Source: Rebecca billardiae RCC1528 (Eukaryota; Protista; Haptophyta). From it: DNA of 64,000 nucleotides. Under the pieces are notes generated by a model, which saw only the letters and a program-made list of their open reading frames with translations, was not told where the DNA came from and made no database searches. The translations under genes and the position numbers were made by a program. The stretch is from positions 806,001-870,000 of the forward strand of contig OZ251236.1 in assembly GCA_965240325.2 (NCBI GenBank), given 5' to 3'. Of this stretch, positions 11,392-24,433 are shown piece by piece. Position 1 is the first letter of the stretch, and every line of letters starts with the position of its first letter.

Positions 11392-14300
11392 ATGGACGAC
11401 GAGATGGAGGAGACGAGTGCGCACGAGCAGGGCGAGGGGGAGGTGCTCCTTCTCGTGCTCACGCGCCACGCAACCGAGCCGCCGCGCGCCCAGCCGCTGC
11501 GCGAGTGGCGCATCTCCGCACCCATGATGGTCGGCCAACGGCTCAGCGACCAGCCGGTCGAGCTCGGCGCGCTCGGCGCGCACGTGTGGCGCGCGAGCGC
11601 GCGGGCGTACGTGCCGGAGCAGGACTCGGAGCTCTCGTGGCTCCTGCCCACCCCGCTCGGCCCCGCCGCGCGCGCGTCCATCCCGCTCGCGCGCGTGGGC
11701 GGGCGCTGGCTGGGCGTGCACGTCGAGCCCGATCGTGCCGCGCACACGCTGACGGCCGCGGCGGCGTTCGAGGCGGTGTGCGCCGCGCTGCTGCGGCCCG
11801 AGCCGACGGCGGGCGCCGACGAGATCGTCGCGAGCCTCACCGAGCTCAGCGCCGCGCTCGGCGCCATCCGCTCGCAGCTGCGCGACGAGCCGCTGGCGCT
11901 CGACGACGCGTTGGCCGCGCTCGGCCGCGTGCTCGTGGGCGGTGGCGACGGCGATGGCGGCGACGAAAGCGGCGGTGGCGAGGACGATCGCGGCGACGAC
12001 GTGGCGCTCCTCGCCGTCCGCATCTGCACGCTGCTCGGCGGCGTCGGCGCGCTGTTCGAAGCGTTCCGCCGGCGCCCGCCGCCGCACGGGCCTGGGCTCT
12101 GGGGCGGCGGCGGGCCCGGGGTTGAGCCGGCGCCGATGGTGGCGGCGCTCTGGGCGCTGCCCTGCCGCCGCGCCGCGTGGCAGCGCGCGTGCCTCGGCGG
12201 CGTGCAGACGATTCTCAAGCGCTCGGACTGGCTGAGCGGCCACGCGCACGCGGCGCTCGCGGCGCTGGCGGACGTGGACGCGCGGCCACCGTTCTGCCCG
12301 TGGGCCTCGGCACCGCTCGCTCCGCTGCTCGACGCGCTCGAGCTGCGCTCACCCGAGCAGCCGCTCCCGGACCTCGCGAGGCGGTGGCGCCCGCTGCCGC
12401 GCCCGCGCGGCGCGCCGGCGGTGCTGGCCGCCGAGCGCTCGCGCCTGCTCGGCGGGCGTACCGCCGCCGCCGCCGCGCGGCGCGAGACGCAGCTCACGCT
12501 TGCGCGGCGGCGCGGCCGCGCCGCCGCGCTCGGCGGCGCGGCCGAGGGCGGCGTGGAGCCGGGCTCCGCCGCCGCCGCCGCCGGTGGCGGCGGCGGCGCG
12601 GGCGGTTCGCACGCGCCGAGCTCGCTCGCGGTCGAGCGGGCCGAGGAGTACCGGACTCTGGCGCACCGGATTGACGAGACTTCCGAGCCGGTGCTGCGCG
12701 CGGCGGCCGCCGAGCTGCACGCCGCGCTGGACGCTTCGGCGCGGCTGAGCGACGCCGGCGCGCGCGTCGCGCCGCTGCTCGCCGCGCCGCGCGTCGCGGC
12801 CGCCGAGCCGCGCGGCGACGACCTCGACAGCTGGGCGGCGGTGCGCGCCGCCGCGCGCGCGTTCGACGCCGAGGCGTTCGCCGCGGCCGCGCACGGCGCG
12901 TCACAGGAAGTGCTGGGCTGCACGCAGCAGTTGGAGGGGCTGCGCCAGCCGGGCCCGGGGAGCATCCCGCGGCTGCGCGCGCGCGTCGCCGCGCTCGTGC
13001 GCGCGCGCCGCGCCGTGCTGCCGCGCGCGGCGCGTCTCGTCTTCGACTGCGGCCACCCGCGCGACTGGGCGCTCGCGCCGCGCGCCGCGGCGGCTCTGGA
13101 GGGCGATGGCCGTCCGAGGGCGCGGCGCGCGCTGGCGGGCGTGCGCGCGCTGCCGCAGCCCATCTCGCTGAGCGTGCTCGCCGGGCCGCTGTACGGCTCG
13201 ACCGACGAGGGCGTCAGCGGCTTCGTCGACTCAGCCGACGCACACAAGGCGCGGCTCCGCGCGCCCGCCGCCGCGCTCGAGCTACCGATCGTCCGCGTCG
13301 GCGGCGGCGCGGCTGGCGGCGGCGGCGGGCGCGAGGGCGGCGTCGAGGTGGGCGGCGGCATCCTGGTGATCGACGAGCGCAACTCCGCGCTGCGCTGGCT
13401 GCGCTGCCCCGTGGGCGGCGGCGGCGGCGCGAACGCGCGCGCCGGCGGCGGCGCCGGCCTGCTGACGGCACAGCAAGACACGGAGGTCACCGCCGTGCTG
13501 GCGCGCGGCGCGTGCGCCGTGATCACGGTGGCCGGCCGCGCGGGCGCGGGCCACGCCGACGGGCCGACGCGCACGGCGATGTTCAAGCAGCCGCGCGACG
13601 CGCTGGCGAGCACGCGGCTGCGCCTCGCGCCGCTCGTCGTGCTCGTCGCCGACGCGGGCAACCACTGCGTGCGCGCGCTGCCGTGGGGCGGCGCGGGGCC
13701 GCTCGAGGTGCGCACGGCTCTCGGCACGGCGGGCAAGGCGGGGAGGCCGTCGCTTGAGAAGTCAGGGAAGCGAGAGGGCTCGGCGGTGGAGGGCGCGGCG
13801 CTCAACGAGCCGTCGAGCGTGCTCGAGCTCCCGGGCGGCGACCTGCTCATCGCCGACACCGGCAACAATTGCATCAGGCAGGTGGTGCGGTCCGCGAACG
13901 CCAAGGCGGCCGTCGGCGGGCGCGGCGGCGGCGGCGGCGGCTCGGCGGCCGGACTTTTTGAGTCCGACCGGATCGTGGTGGTCGCAGGCTCGTGTGGCGG
14001 CACGCCGGGCGTGCAGGACGGCGACTCCGAGGCCTCGCTCTGCTTCCGCCCGAGCGGCCTCGCCCTGTGCGCCGACGGCTCGGTCCTCTTCAGCCAGCCG
14101 CGGCTCACAGCGGCGGTGGCGCCCGCGCGCGAGGGCGGCGCGCGCGGCGCGGGCGGCGCGAGCGGCGCGCTGGGCGCGGTGCGCCGGCTTACACCCATCG
14201 ATGACCCTGAGCGCAAGAAGAAGTCCCTCGCGTTCTGGGAGTGCACCACGCTGTACGGCGGCGGCGGGTGCGAGCCCGCCGAGCCGTCGGCGGCGGCTGC

Positions 14301-15673
14301 GGCCGCGGCCGAGTCGGGGCGGCGTGACTCATCCGGCTCAGACGGCGGCGGTGCGGGCGGCGGCGGCGGCGGCAAGCGGCGAGGGGGCGCGCAGCCGGCG
14401 GCGGCGGCGGCGGCGGCGGGCGTCACGCTGCGCCTCGCGCCCGTGCCGAGCGCGCGATCGTTTGAAGCCGAGCACGCGCTGCGGCCGGCCGGCGCGCCGC
14501 CCGCGCACGGGTACTTACTTGCGGAGCCGAGCGGAGTGGTTGAGACCGCGCCCGGCGGACCGCTGCTAATCGTCGACGGTGGGCGGCTCGCGTATCTCCC
14601 GCCGATCTCGCGCGCGCTCGACGCCGCGGCGCGCGGCAAGTCGCTCGGCGTCGACGCCAAGGGCGCGCCCGCGCCGCCGCCGAGCGCGTGCCTGTGCTCC
14701 AGGCTTGCCGCCGAGCAGGGCGCGGCCGCGGAGGGCGGCGGCGGCGGCGCGGCGTCGCAGCTGCTCGTCACCGATCAGTTCGACGCGCTGCGCTTCGCGC
14801 GGCTCAGCACCGGTGGCGGCGGCTTCGCGGGCAACAGCAGCGCCGCCGCCGGCAGCGGAGTCCTGCTCGCCGCCGACCCGTCCGGACATCGGGTCGTGCG
14901 GCTCATGTGCGGCGAGCACGGCGCGGGCGCGGCCACCGACCGCCTGCGCGCGCTCGAGAACGAGGCGGTGCTGTCAGACGACGACGACGAGGAGGAGGAG
15001 GAGGAGGAGGAGGGCGGCGGGGGTCCGGTCGGCTTGGACGGCGCGGGGCACGAGGGCGGCGCGCGCCGCCGCTCGGCGGCGTCGCTCAACGATGCCGCGT
15101 GTGCGGTGCTGGAGGCGAGCGCCGGCGTGGAGCGCGAGCTTGCGCGCGTCGCGGCGCGCTCCGCAGCCGCGGCCGCCGCGGTGCACGCCCTCGCGGTGGA
15201 CGCGCACGCGCGGTGCCACGCGCGCGCGTGCGCGGCGCTTGCGCGCACGGCGCGCGCGCGCGCGCTCGCGCCGAGCGCAGCGGCCGTCGCGCTCACGCTG
15301 ATTCGCAACGCGCCGCACGTGAGCTCGCTGCTGCCGCTGCTCGGCGGCAGCGTCCAGCTCGACGCGAGCCTGCGCGGCGCGGCGCGGCGCGCGCTGATCG
15401 CCGTGCTCGCCGAGTCCGTCTGGGCGCGCGGCGCCGCCGACGCCGACGGCGGCGGTGGCGGCGGCGGCGGCGCGCGCGGCGCAGACGCGGCCACCGCCGA
15501 CGCGGCGGGCGGCGGCGGCGGCGGCTCGGCGCTGCTACCCGCCAGCTCGGGCCTGCTGCACACGCCGGCAGCGCCCGGGCCATCGAAGCCGTCGGAGCAG
15601 CAGTGGGTCGCCGATCTGACGACGCTTCTGTTGAGCGCCCACGCGCACCGCGCGACGGCCGCGGCCACGGCTG

Positions 15674-15736
<63 letters not shown>

Positions 15737-16122
15737 ACGACGAGGGCGGCGGCGGCGGAGGCGAGGGCGGCGGCGGCGCGCCTGCGCTGATTGATGCGAG
15801 CGTTGTGTGCGAGGTGCTGAGCAGCCCGCGCTTCGCCGTCGGCCTGAACGCGCTCAGTCTCTCGCTGCTCGCGCACGGCCTGGCCGCCTGCCTGCCGCCG
15901 CCGGCGCAAGCCGCCGCGGCCGGCGCGGGAGCCGCCGCGGCCGGCGCGGGCGCGGGCGACGGCACGGCCGGCGGCGCCTCGGGCGCGCCGGCCGCGGCGG
16001 CGGATGGTGACGAGGCCGAGGCGATCCCGGTGCGCATCGGCGGCGGCGCGCTGGCCGAGGCCGCCGTCGCGTGGCTCACGCGCCTTGCGCGTGTTTCGCC
16101 CGCGGGCGCGGCGCCGGCGGCC

Positions 16123-16171
<49 letters not shown>

Positions 16172-19100
16172 AGCAGGAAGGAGCGCGCGGCGCGGCGGCG
16201 CTGTCGCCGCTCGCGTGGCTCGCGACGCACGAGCCGGCGTCAGCGTCGGCGTGGCCGAGCGTGCGCGCGCACGCGGCCGCGTGCCTCCCGCCCTCCGCCG
16301 CCGCCGCCGCGCCCTCCGCCGCCGCCCTCCGCCGAGCGTTCGCTTGGCTCGCCGCCGCCACTCTGCGATTGCACGGGCAGTACCGCGGGCGCGCGCGCGC
16401 GCTCACGCTGCTCGGCGAGCTCGTGGGCGTGGCGGAGCGCGTGGAGCGCGCGCACGCGCGCGCGGGCGCCGCGGGCTCGCACGGCGGCGGCGGCGACGAC
16501 GGCGCGGCGGCGGCTTGCCCGGCCCGCGGCGGCGGCGCCGAGCACGACTGGCGCAGCGCGTGCGCGCGCGAGCTGGCCGCTGTCGCGCACGCCGCCGCGG
16601 ACAAGCTGAGCCCCGCGGCGGTGGTCGCGGCCGTGCTGCCTCAGCTCGGCGCGGAGGGCGGCGCGCTCTCGGCCGCGCAGCCCGCCGAGCGCGCGCGCGG
16701 CGTGCGCCTCGCCCTCGGCGTGCTCGCGAGCGCCGCGGCGCGCGCGCGCTCGCAGGCGCTCGCACTGCCCGGCGAGGGACCGCCGCCGCCCGCCGCGGCG
16801 GCGGGCGGCGAGCGCTCGCTCGCGCTTCGGCACGTGCTCGCGGAGCCGACGCTGTGGCTGCGGCTGCTCACGTGGCACCGCGCGGCGGCGCACGCCCTCG
16901 ACGCCGACGGCGCCGCGCGCCTCTGCGCCGCCGCGGACCGCTCCGCGCTCGGCGCGCTCACGGCCGAGGTCGCCCATGCGCTTCTCTCGGCCGCGCGCGC
17001 GCCGCGCGCGCGCACGCTCGGTGAGCTGGAGAGCGCGCGGCGCTGCGCGGGGCAGCTGCTCTCGGCGTGGTCGGAGTGCGGCGTGCGCGTCTCGGCGTCG
17101 GAGCTCGACGGCGCGTTCGACGCGCTCGACGAGCTCTCGGTCCGAAAGCGCATGGCGCTCGACGTGCTGCTGCTCCGCTGCGCGGACGCGACGCCCACGC
17201 GCTGGCTTCTTGCCGCCGAGAGCCGGTGGGCCGATCTGACGCTGGACGAGGCGGAGTGGATGCTGCGCGCGCACACGCGCGACGAGGGCGGCGTGGAGCT
17301 GCGCGACGAACCGGCGGGCGCGCTCGGCGCGCACGCCGCGCCGCCGCCGCCGCCGCCGCCGCGCACGCGGCTCGCGCTGGTCGCCACCGCGGCGGCCGGT
17401 GCCGGCGACGACGACGACGGCGGCGAGGGCGTCGGCGGCGGCGGCGGCAGCGGCGGCGCGCGGCCTATGGTGCTGCACCGCCTGCCGCGCGCGCTCTCCG
17501 CCGCGCTTGAGTGGCTGCACGCGCTGCAGGGCAGCGCGCTCTTCGACGCTCTCTGGGCGCACGCGGCGGCCTCTGAGATGGGCGCGACGCCAGCCGGGCG
17601 CGGTGCGTCGGGCGCGGGCGCGCGCGCCTCCGACGAGGCGGCGGCGATGGGCCTGGGCGACGCGCTGTGGGCCGCCGTCGACGTGTCGTCGTCAGACGCG
17701 GAGGAGGCGGGCGCGCGCGCGTGCGTGGCCGCGCTGTGCGCCGCGCGCGCCGCCTACGCCGCCGTCTTCTCCGCGCTCGACAGCGGCACAGCCGAGTACG
17801 CGCAGCTGTGCGTGTGGGCGCCACCTCTGCTCGCGTCGCCTGACGAGGTGCGGTTGCTCTCTGCGTGCGCCGCGCCCATCGCCGCCGCCGACGCCGACGC
17901 GCGCGCCGCGCCGGGGAATCAGACCGCGCGGGCAGCAGAGCATCAGACCTACGACGACGAGGAGGACTGGCTCACCGCCGACGTCGACGGCGCGTGGGTG
18001 GAGCGCTTGCTCCGCGCGCTGGACGATTTTGCGCTCGTGCGCAGCGTGCGCGAGGCCGCGCCGCGCGCGCTGCGCACGCTCTCGCTCGCGCAGCGGCTGG
18101 TCGCGCCCGGCGCGCTCGCCGCCTGCCAGCAGGCGGCGGCGGCGCTCGGCGCGCTGCTCGCCGCGATCGACGGCGGCGCGGCGCGGCGCGGCGGTGGCGG
18201 CGGCGGCGACGCGCCGCCCGCGCTCACACTTGCGCACGTCGCGCCCCTCGCCGAGCGCGCGCGCCTCGACATCGACCGGCGGCTTCTGCTGCTGCACGAC
18301 GGGCTGATCGGCGCTTTGCTCGCGCACGAGCGCACCCTCGAGTTCCTCAGGCACCGGCTCGTCACCGACACCGACTTCAGCTCAGCGGTCGAGATGGCCA
18401 TCGGCTCGACCGAGATGCGCTGCCCGGCCGAGCTGTGGAGCCGTGCGCAGGGGTGCGTGGACGAGCGCCCGCTCTCGACGCTCGCGTCGGTGCGCTCGTA
18501 CCTGCACGCGCACATCTACCGGCCCGCACCGCTGTACCCGACGCTCGGCGCGCTGCTCGACGCCGTCGGGGGCTGGGACTGGGGCCGCGCGCCGGACGTG
18601 GCGGCAGAGTTGGCGGCGGTGGATGAGTTACACGATGCGCTCGTAGAGCTGCTGGAGGGCGACGCGGACGACGCAGCGCCCAACAGGCTGGTGCAGCTCG
18701 CGCGGCCCGCGAGGCAGGCGGCGTGGCTCTGCGCCTCCGAGCCGCCCGCCGGCGCGGCCACCGGCGGCGGCGGCGGCGGCGCCGACGCCGGCGCGGACGC
18801 GGAGGGCGGCGGCGCCGACGCCTCGGCGCCGGCGCACGGCGCGAGCTCGCCGCCGCCTTCGCTGTGGCTGACGCATCGCGTCGAGCGCGATGGCTCGTGC
18901 GCGTACCTCCCGGCCGCCGAGGTGCACGACTTCCGAGCCTCGATCCTGCTCGCGCGCGTCGCCGGTCGCGGCGAGGACGTGCAGCAGCTCGTCGACGCCT
19001 TCGTCACTGAGCTCGCCAGCATGGCCGCCCTCGCGCGCTGCCTCGCGCGCACGCGCGCGCAGGGCCACTTTGGGCTGGCAAGCTATGAGGTGCGCGTGCC

Positions 19101-22100
19101 GTTCGGCACGCCCGCGGCGGAGATGGCGGCGCTGCTGCGCGCCGCGCGCGAGCGCGAGCGCGCGTGGGCCGACGCCGTGCGCACGTGCCGCGAGACTTGC
19201 TATTTTGCGAACGCGGCGCCGGCGCGCGCGCTGTGGCCGCTGCTGCGCGCGCTGCGCGCGAGCGAGCGCGCGGCGCGCGAGGGCGGCGAGGCGCGCGCGC
19301 GCGCCGCGACCGCCGGTCTCGCGGCCGCGCTCGCGCCGTGGCTCGACCTCGCCGGCGCGCGCGCCGACGACGCGGCCGTCGACGCGGCCGACGACGCGGC
19401 CGATGGCCTGGCGCTCGCGAGCGCGCGCCGGCTGCTGGCGGGCTGGGAGGAGGCGCGCGGCGGTGCGCGGTGCGCGCGTGTCGGCTCGGACGAGGACGCT
19501 CGCGACGCGCTGCGCAGCCTCGCGCACGCGCTCGACGAGGCGCTGTGCCCGCTGCCCGCCGTCGAGCGCGCGCTGCCGCCCGCGGGCTCCGCCGCGCCGG
19601 CCGCCGCCGCGTCAGCCGCGCTCGGCGGCGGAGGCGCCGCGTCGGCGTCGGCGGCGGCGCGCGGCGCGGACGTGGACGATGCCGGCCTCGCGCTCGGCTC
19701 AGGCGAGGTCGGAGTTGTCGTCGCGGACGGCGAGAGCACGGTCGCGCAGCACGTGCTGTCGCTGTACGCGCGCGCGCGCGCCGCGCCCGAGTCGCTCGAG
19801 TGCCTGTGGTGCGCGCGTGGCATGGCGGACGACGAGCTCCCCCGCTTGCTCGCGCGGTGGCGGGGCGCGGCGCGCGCCGGCCGCGCGCACCGCCTCCACT
19901 GCGTCGCGGCGGCTGACGCTCTGTCCGCAGAGGCACAGCGTCTGCTTGTGCGTGAGCTTCAGCTCGCGCTCGCGTCGGGGCGCGCGGTGCTGGCGCAGGG
20001 CGGCGGCGGCGGCGCGCGGCGCGGCGCGGGCGCGGGCGCGTCCTCCGCGCCGCCGCCGCCGCTTGATTCGTCATGGGGGGCATCAGCATGGCTGCCGCCG
20101 CTCGCCATCGTGTGCGGGGGCTCCGAGCGGAACATTCTGATCTCGCATCTGGGACACTCGCGGGTGCCGACGCGGCCGCTCCCGCCGCCCGCGCTGCACG
20201 CCGCGGCCGCGCACATCGGCGCGGGCGTGCTCCTCACCTCCGCCATCGCCGGCGCGGGCAAGACCTTCGCCGCGCGCGCGCTCGCCGCCGAGCGCGGCCT
20301 GACGTACGCGCACGCGCCCATCCACGGGGAGGACTTGCGCGCGCTCGGCGCGCGCGTGGCGCGCGCGCGGCGCGGCGGGCGCGGCGGCGGCACGCTGCTG
20401 CACCTCGATGTGGCGGACGTGCCGTCGGCGGCGCGCGCGCTCGACCAGGCGCTGTTCAGGCTGCTGCTGCTGCGCGTCGCGCCCACCACCGCGCCACCGG
20501 CGGCGGCGGAGGACGCCGAGCCCGCCGGCCACGGCGCCGAGGCGTCCGCGGCGCGCGGCCGCGGCGGCGGCGGCGGCGGCGCGGCGGACGCCGCCGTGCC
20601 GCCGGCCGCGCCGGGCGCGGACGGCGCGGAGCGCGAGTGGATCAGCGCGCGCGCCGCCGCGGAGGGTGCGCGGCTGCTGCCCGCGTCGCTGCCGGCGCGC
20701 GCCATGCAGTTTGTGCTCGAGATCCCGAGCGGCCGGCTGCGCTCGCGCTGGACCGTCGGAGAGCTGCTGCCGACGCGCCGGCTGCGCGCGGACGAGGGCT
20801 CGCTGCGCGTGACGCGCGCCGCGCTCCGCGCCGGCCTGCTCTCGGACGCCGCGGCCGCGGAGGCGCACGCCTCGCTGCAGCTCGCGTGTCGCGCCCTCGA
20901 CGTGCTCGACCGCCATGGCGGGCTCTTCCCCCACCGCTTCCCGACGGCGGCGCCCGGCGGTGGCGGCGGCGCGGGTGGCGCAGAGCTCGGCGGCGGCGGC
21001 GCGCCAAGCGGCGGCGGCCACGGCGGCGGCGGTGTCGCCGCGGGCAAGCGGCCGGCCGCCGCGAGCGCCGGCGCCGGCGCCGGCGCCGAGCCCGGCGGCA
21101 CGCCGCCGCTCGTCACGCTGTGCGACGCGCCGCGCATCGAGTGCGCCGCGGCCGACCTCCCCGCGGCGCGCTGCCACTCGCTGCTGCGCGCCGCGCTGCG
21201 CGCGCCCGCGCGCGCGCCGCTCAGCCTGTGGTCGGCCTGGGGCTTCGTGCGCGTGTTCGCGTGGCAGCTGCGCGAGCTGCACGCCCCGGACTCGGCGATC
21301 AACCAGTCGATGCTCCCGGACTCAGGCGCCGCGCAGGAGCACGACGCGTTCGTCAAGTGCGCGATGAAAGGCGAGCTGATTCGCTTCCTGGAGCGCACGG
21401 CTCGCGAGTTTGCGACGCGCGCCGCGGTGCCGGCGGGCTCGGGCGAGCTCGTCGCGCTGCGGGCGAGCGGCTTCGGCGAGATCGACTACGGGACGTCGGT
21501 CCGGTACAACGGGCGGTGGGAGCGGTGCCCGTTCGACAACGAGGGGCGGCCGTGCTTCCGCAAGGCGCAGGACGGTCTCTTCTGCTACTACCGCTCGCTC
21601 GCGCGCGCGTGGGTCATTCACACCGAGGTGGTGCCGTCCGGACTCGTCCTGTGCTCCGCGCCCGGGGAGTCGTTCCAGAACGGCTGGCTCACCGCGCCCG
21701 GCTGGGAGGTGGACGCGCTGGTCGTGGTCGCGCGCGCGCGGCACGCGGGCGGGCACGAGGCCGAGGCGGTGCGCGTGTCGGGCGTGGGCAGCGCGCGCGG
21801 GCGTCGCTCGATCGGCCCGCAGGAGATGGGCGTGTACCTTCGGCAGCCGCCATACGACGACGTGAACGGCCGCGAGCACTTCGTGAAGGGCGCGCGGGAC
21901 GCGGGCGGCGGCGGGCTCACGCTCGTCCGGCCGGGCGGCGAGGGCGGCGCGGCGGACGGCGCGCCGGCCGACGGCTCGCGCCGGCACCTCTTCTGGTCGC
22001 GCGCCGAGTCGCGCTGGGTGCTCGCGGCTGTGTGCAACGAGTCTCAAGGCGCGTTCGCTGTCTCGGAGGGCAGCGCGCTCGAGGGCCCGTGGTGCTCGAT

Positions 22101-22260
22101 GCCGCCCACCGTGAAGGAGAACGGCCGGTTCGTCGGCGTGCACGCCGACGCGGCGGAGGGCGGCGGCACGGGCGGCGCGGAGGCCGACGCCCTCGACGAC
22201 GAGCCCGAGCGCGGCGGCGGCGCGGACGGCGGCGGCGGGGACGGAGGCGGCATCGGCAAC

Positions 22261-22291
<31 letters not shown>

Positions 22292-24396
22292 GCGGGCTCG
22301 ACGCCGACGGTGGTGCGGACGGCGGCGGCCTCCGGCTGCTGCCCTGGGCCGCATCGAACCACGAGTGCGTGATCTTCTCGTCCGACTGCGCCGACGTCGC
22401 CTTCCTCTCGCTCGACGGCCGGCGGATGGAGCGTGACATGCATCCGCACCTGCGAGCGCACCTCGGCGCGAACGGCGTGCGCGTGGGCGACGGGCTGGGC
22501 GAGATCAACTCGAGATATCGCGAGGTGCTCGGCACGCTGACGGGCGTCTCGCGCTCCGCGAAGGAGGCGAAGGGCCTGCTGGGCGGCGCGTACTGCATCA
22601 CGGGCGACGCGCTCCTCAAGATGCTCGCCGTCTTCGTGCGCGCGCAGTGTTCGCTCCCTGTCGTGCTGTGCGGCGAGTGCGGCTGCGGCAAAACATTCCT
22701 GCTCACATTTTTGTGCGCGTGGCTCGGCGCGCCGCTGCTCGTGCTCGACGTGCACGGCGGGACGACCGTCGACGACATCCTCGGGATCTTCGGCCGCGCG
22801 CAGCGGCTGCTCGACGGCGACGGCGGCGGTGGCACGCCGCAGGGCTCGGCGCCGGCGGCGGCGGCGGGGGCGGCAGCGCCGGCGGACAGCGCCGCGGCCG
22901 CGGCCGCGCCGCCCGCCGCGCCGCCCGCCGCGTCTGCCGAGCGCGCGCCGCCGCCGCCGCCGCGGCGTGTGTTCGTCTTCTTGGACGAGCTCAACGCGTC
23001 GCCGCTCGTGAGCCTGCTCGCCGAGGCGGTCTCCTCGCGCTCGCTCTTCGGCGCGCCGATCCCGCCGGGCGTACAGCTCCTCGCTGCGATTAACCCGTAC
23101 AGGCTGCGCCCGCCGTCGATGCGCGACGAGGCCGGGCTTGCCTTCAACTTGCACGGCGGCGCGGCCGGCGGCGCGGCGGGCGGCGGCGGCGGCGGCGCGG
23201 CGGTCGACCCGATGTCGGCGCTGGTGTACCGCGTGCACCCGATCCCTCCGACCCTCGAGCAGTTCGTCTTCGACTTCGGCTCTCTGGGCGAGGGCGAGGA
23301 GAACGAATATGTGAAAGCCATCGTGACGCGCGCGCTGCTGCCGCTGCACCGGGCAGCGCGAGCGGCGGCGGCCGCGGCGGCGGGCGGTGGCGCGGAGGAG
23401 GCGAAGGGCGGCGCGGGGCTCGAGCTGAGCTCGACCGACGCGCACTGCGTCGCCGCCCTCCTCCTCGCCTCGCAGCGCCACGTGCGCGCGGTCGAGGCCG
23501 ACTCCTCCGCGGTCTCCCTTCGCGACGTGCAGCGCGCGTGCGCGCTGCTCTGTTGGTTCAGCTCCAAGCTCGTGCCGCGCGCGGCGGCGGGCGGCGGCGG
23601 CGGCGGCGCGGGGGGCGCGGCGCGGCCGGTCTCCCAGCTCGCGGTGGCGACGGTGCTCGCCCTCGCCTTCACGTACTGCTACCGGCTGCCGCGCCGCGCC
23701 GAGCGCGAGCGCTACTGGGGCGCGATGCGCGAGGCGCTTCGCCGCCAGTCGCGCGGCGTCGAGAAGGGGCGGGGCTGGCTCAGCTCGGGGTTCGCGCGGC
23801 TCGTGGCGGAGGGCGCGCTCGAGCGCGTGCTCGGCGCGACGCAGCGCCGGCTCGTCTCGCACCTGTCCCTCGAGCCCGACGTCGCGCTCAACGAGGCGCT
23901 GGCGGAGAACGTATTCGTGACGATTGTTTGCGTGCTCAACCAGCTGCCACTGTTCATTGTCGGCAAGCCTGGCTCGTCCAAGACGCTCGCGATGCAGGTG
24001 GTGACCTCCAACCTGCAGGGCGCGCAGTCGCCCTCGCCCTTCTTCCGCACGTTCCCCGCCGTCCACGTCTTCGCGTACCAGTGCTCGCCGCTCTCCACCG
24101 GCGACGCGATCCGCCGCCAGTTTGAGATGGCGTGTCGGTTCCAAGCACACCAGCAGTCGGGCGGCGCGGCGACCGCGCTGCTGCTGGATGAGGTTGGGCT
24201 TGCGGAGCACTCGCCGGACATGCCGCTCAAGGTGCTGCACTCGATCCTGGTGAAGCCCGCCGTCGCGGTGATCGGGCTGAGCAACTGGGCCCTCGACCCC
24301 GCCAAGATGAACCGCTCGATCTGCCTGCGCCGCACCGAGCCGACGCCGAGCGATCTCGAGCTCACGACAGCCAGCATCCTTGCCGGCGCCGCGCTC

Positions 24397-24433
<37 letters not shown>

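Noticed and set aside
15676-15723. (GGC)n and similar poly-Gly/Ala runs
   Set aside because: Generic low-complexity linkers found in most long genes in this window.
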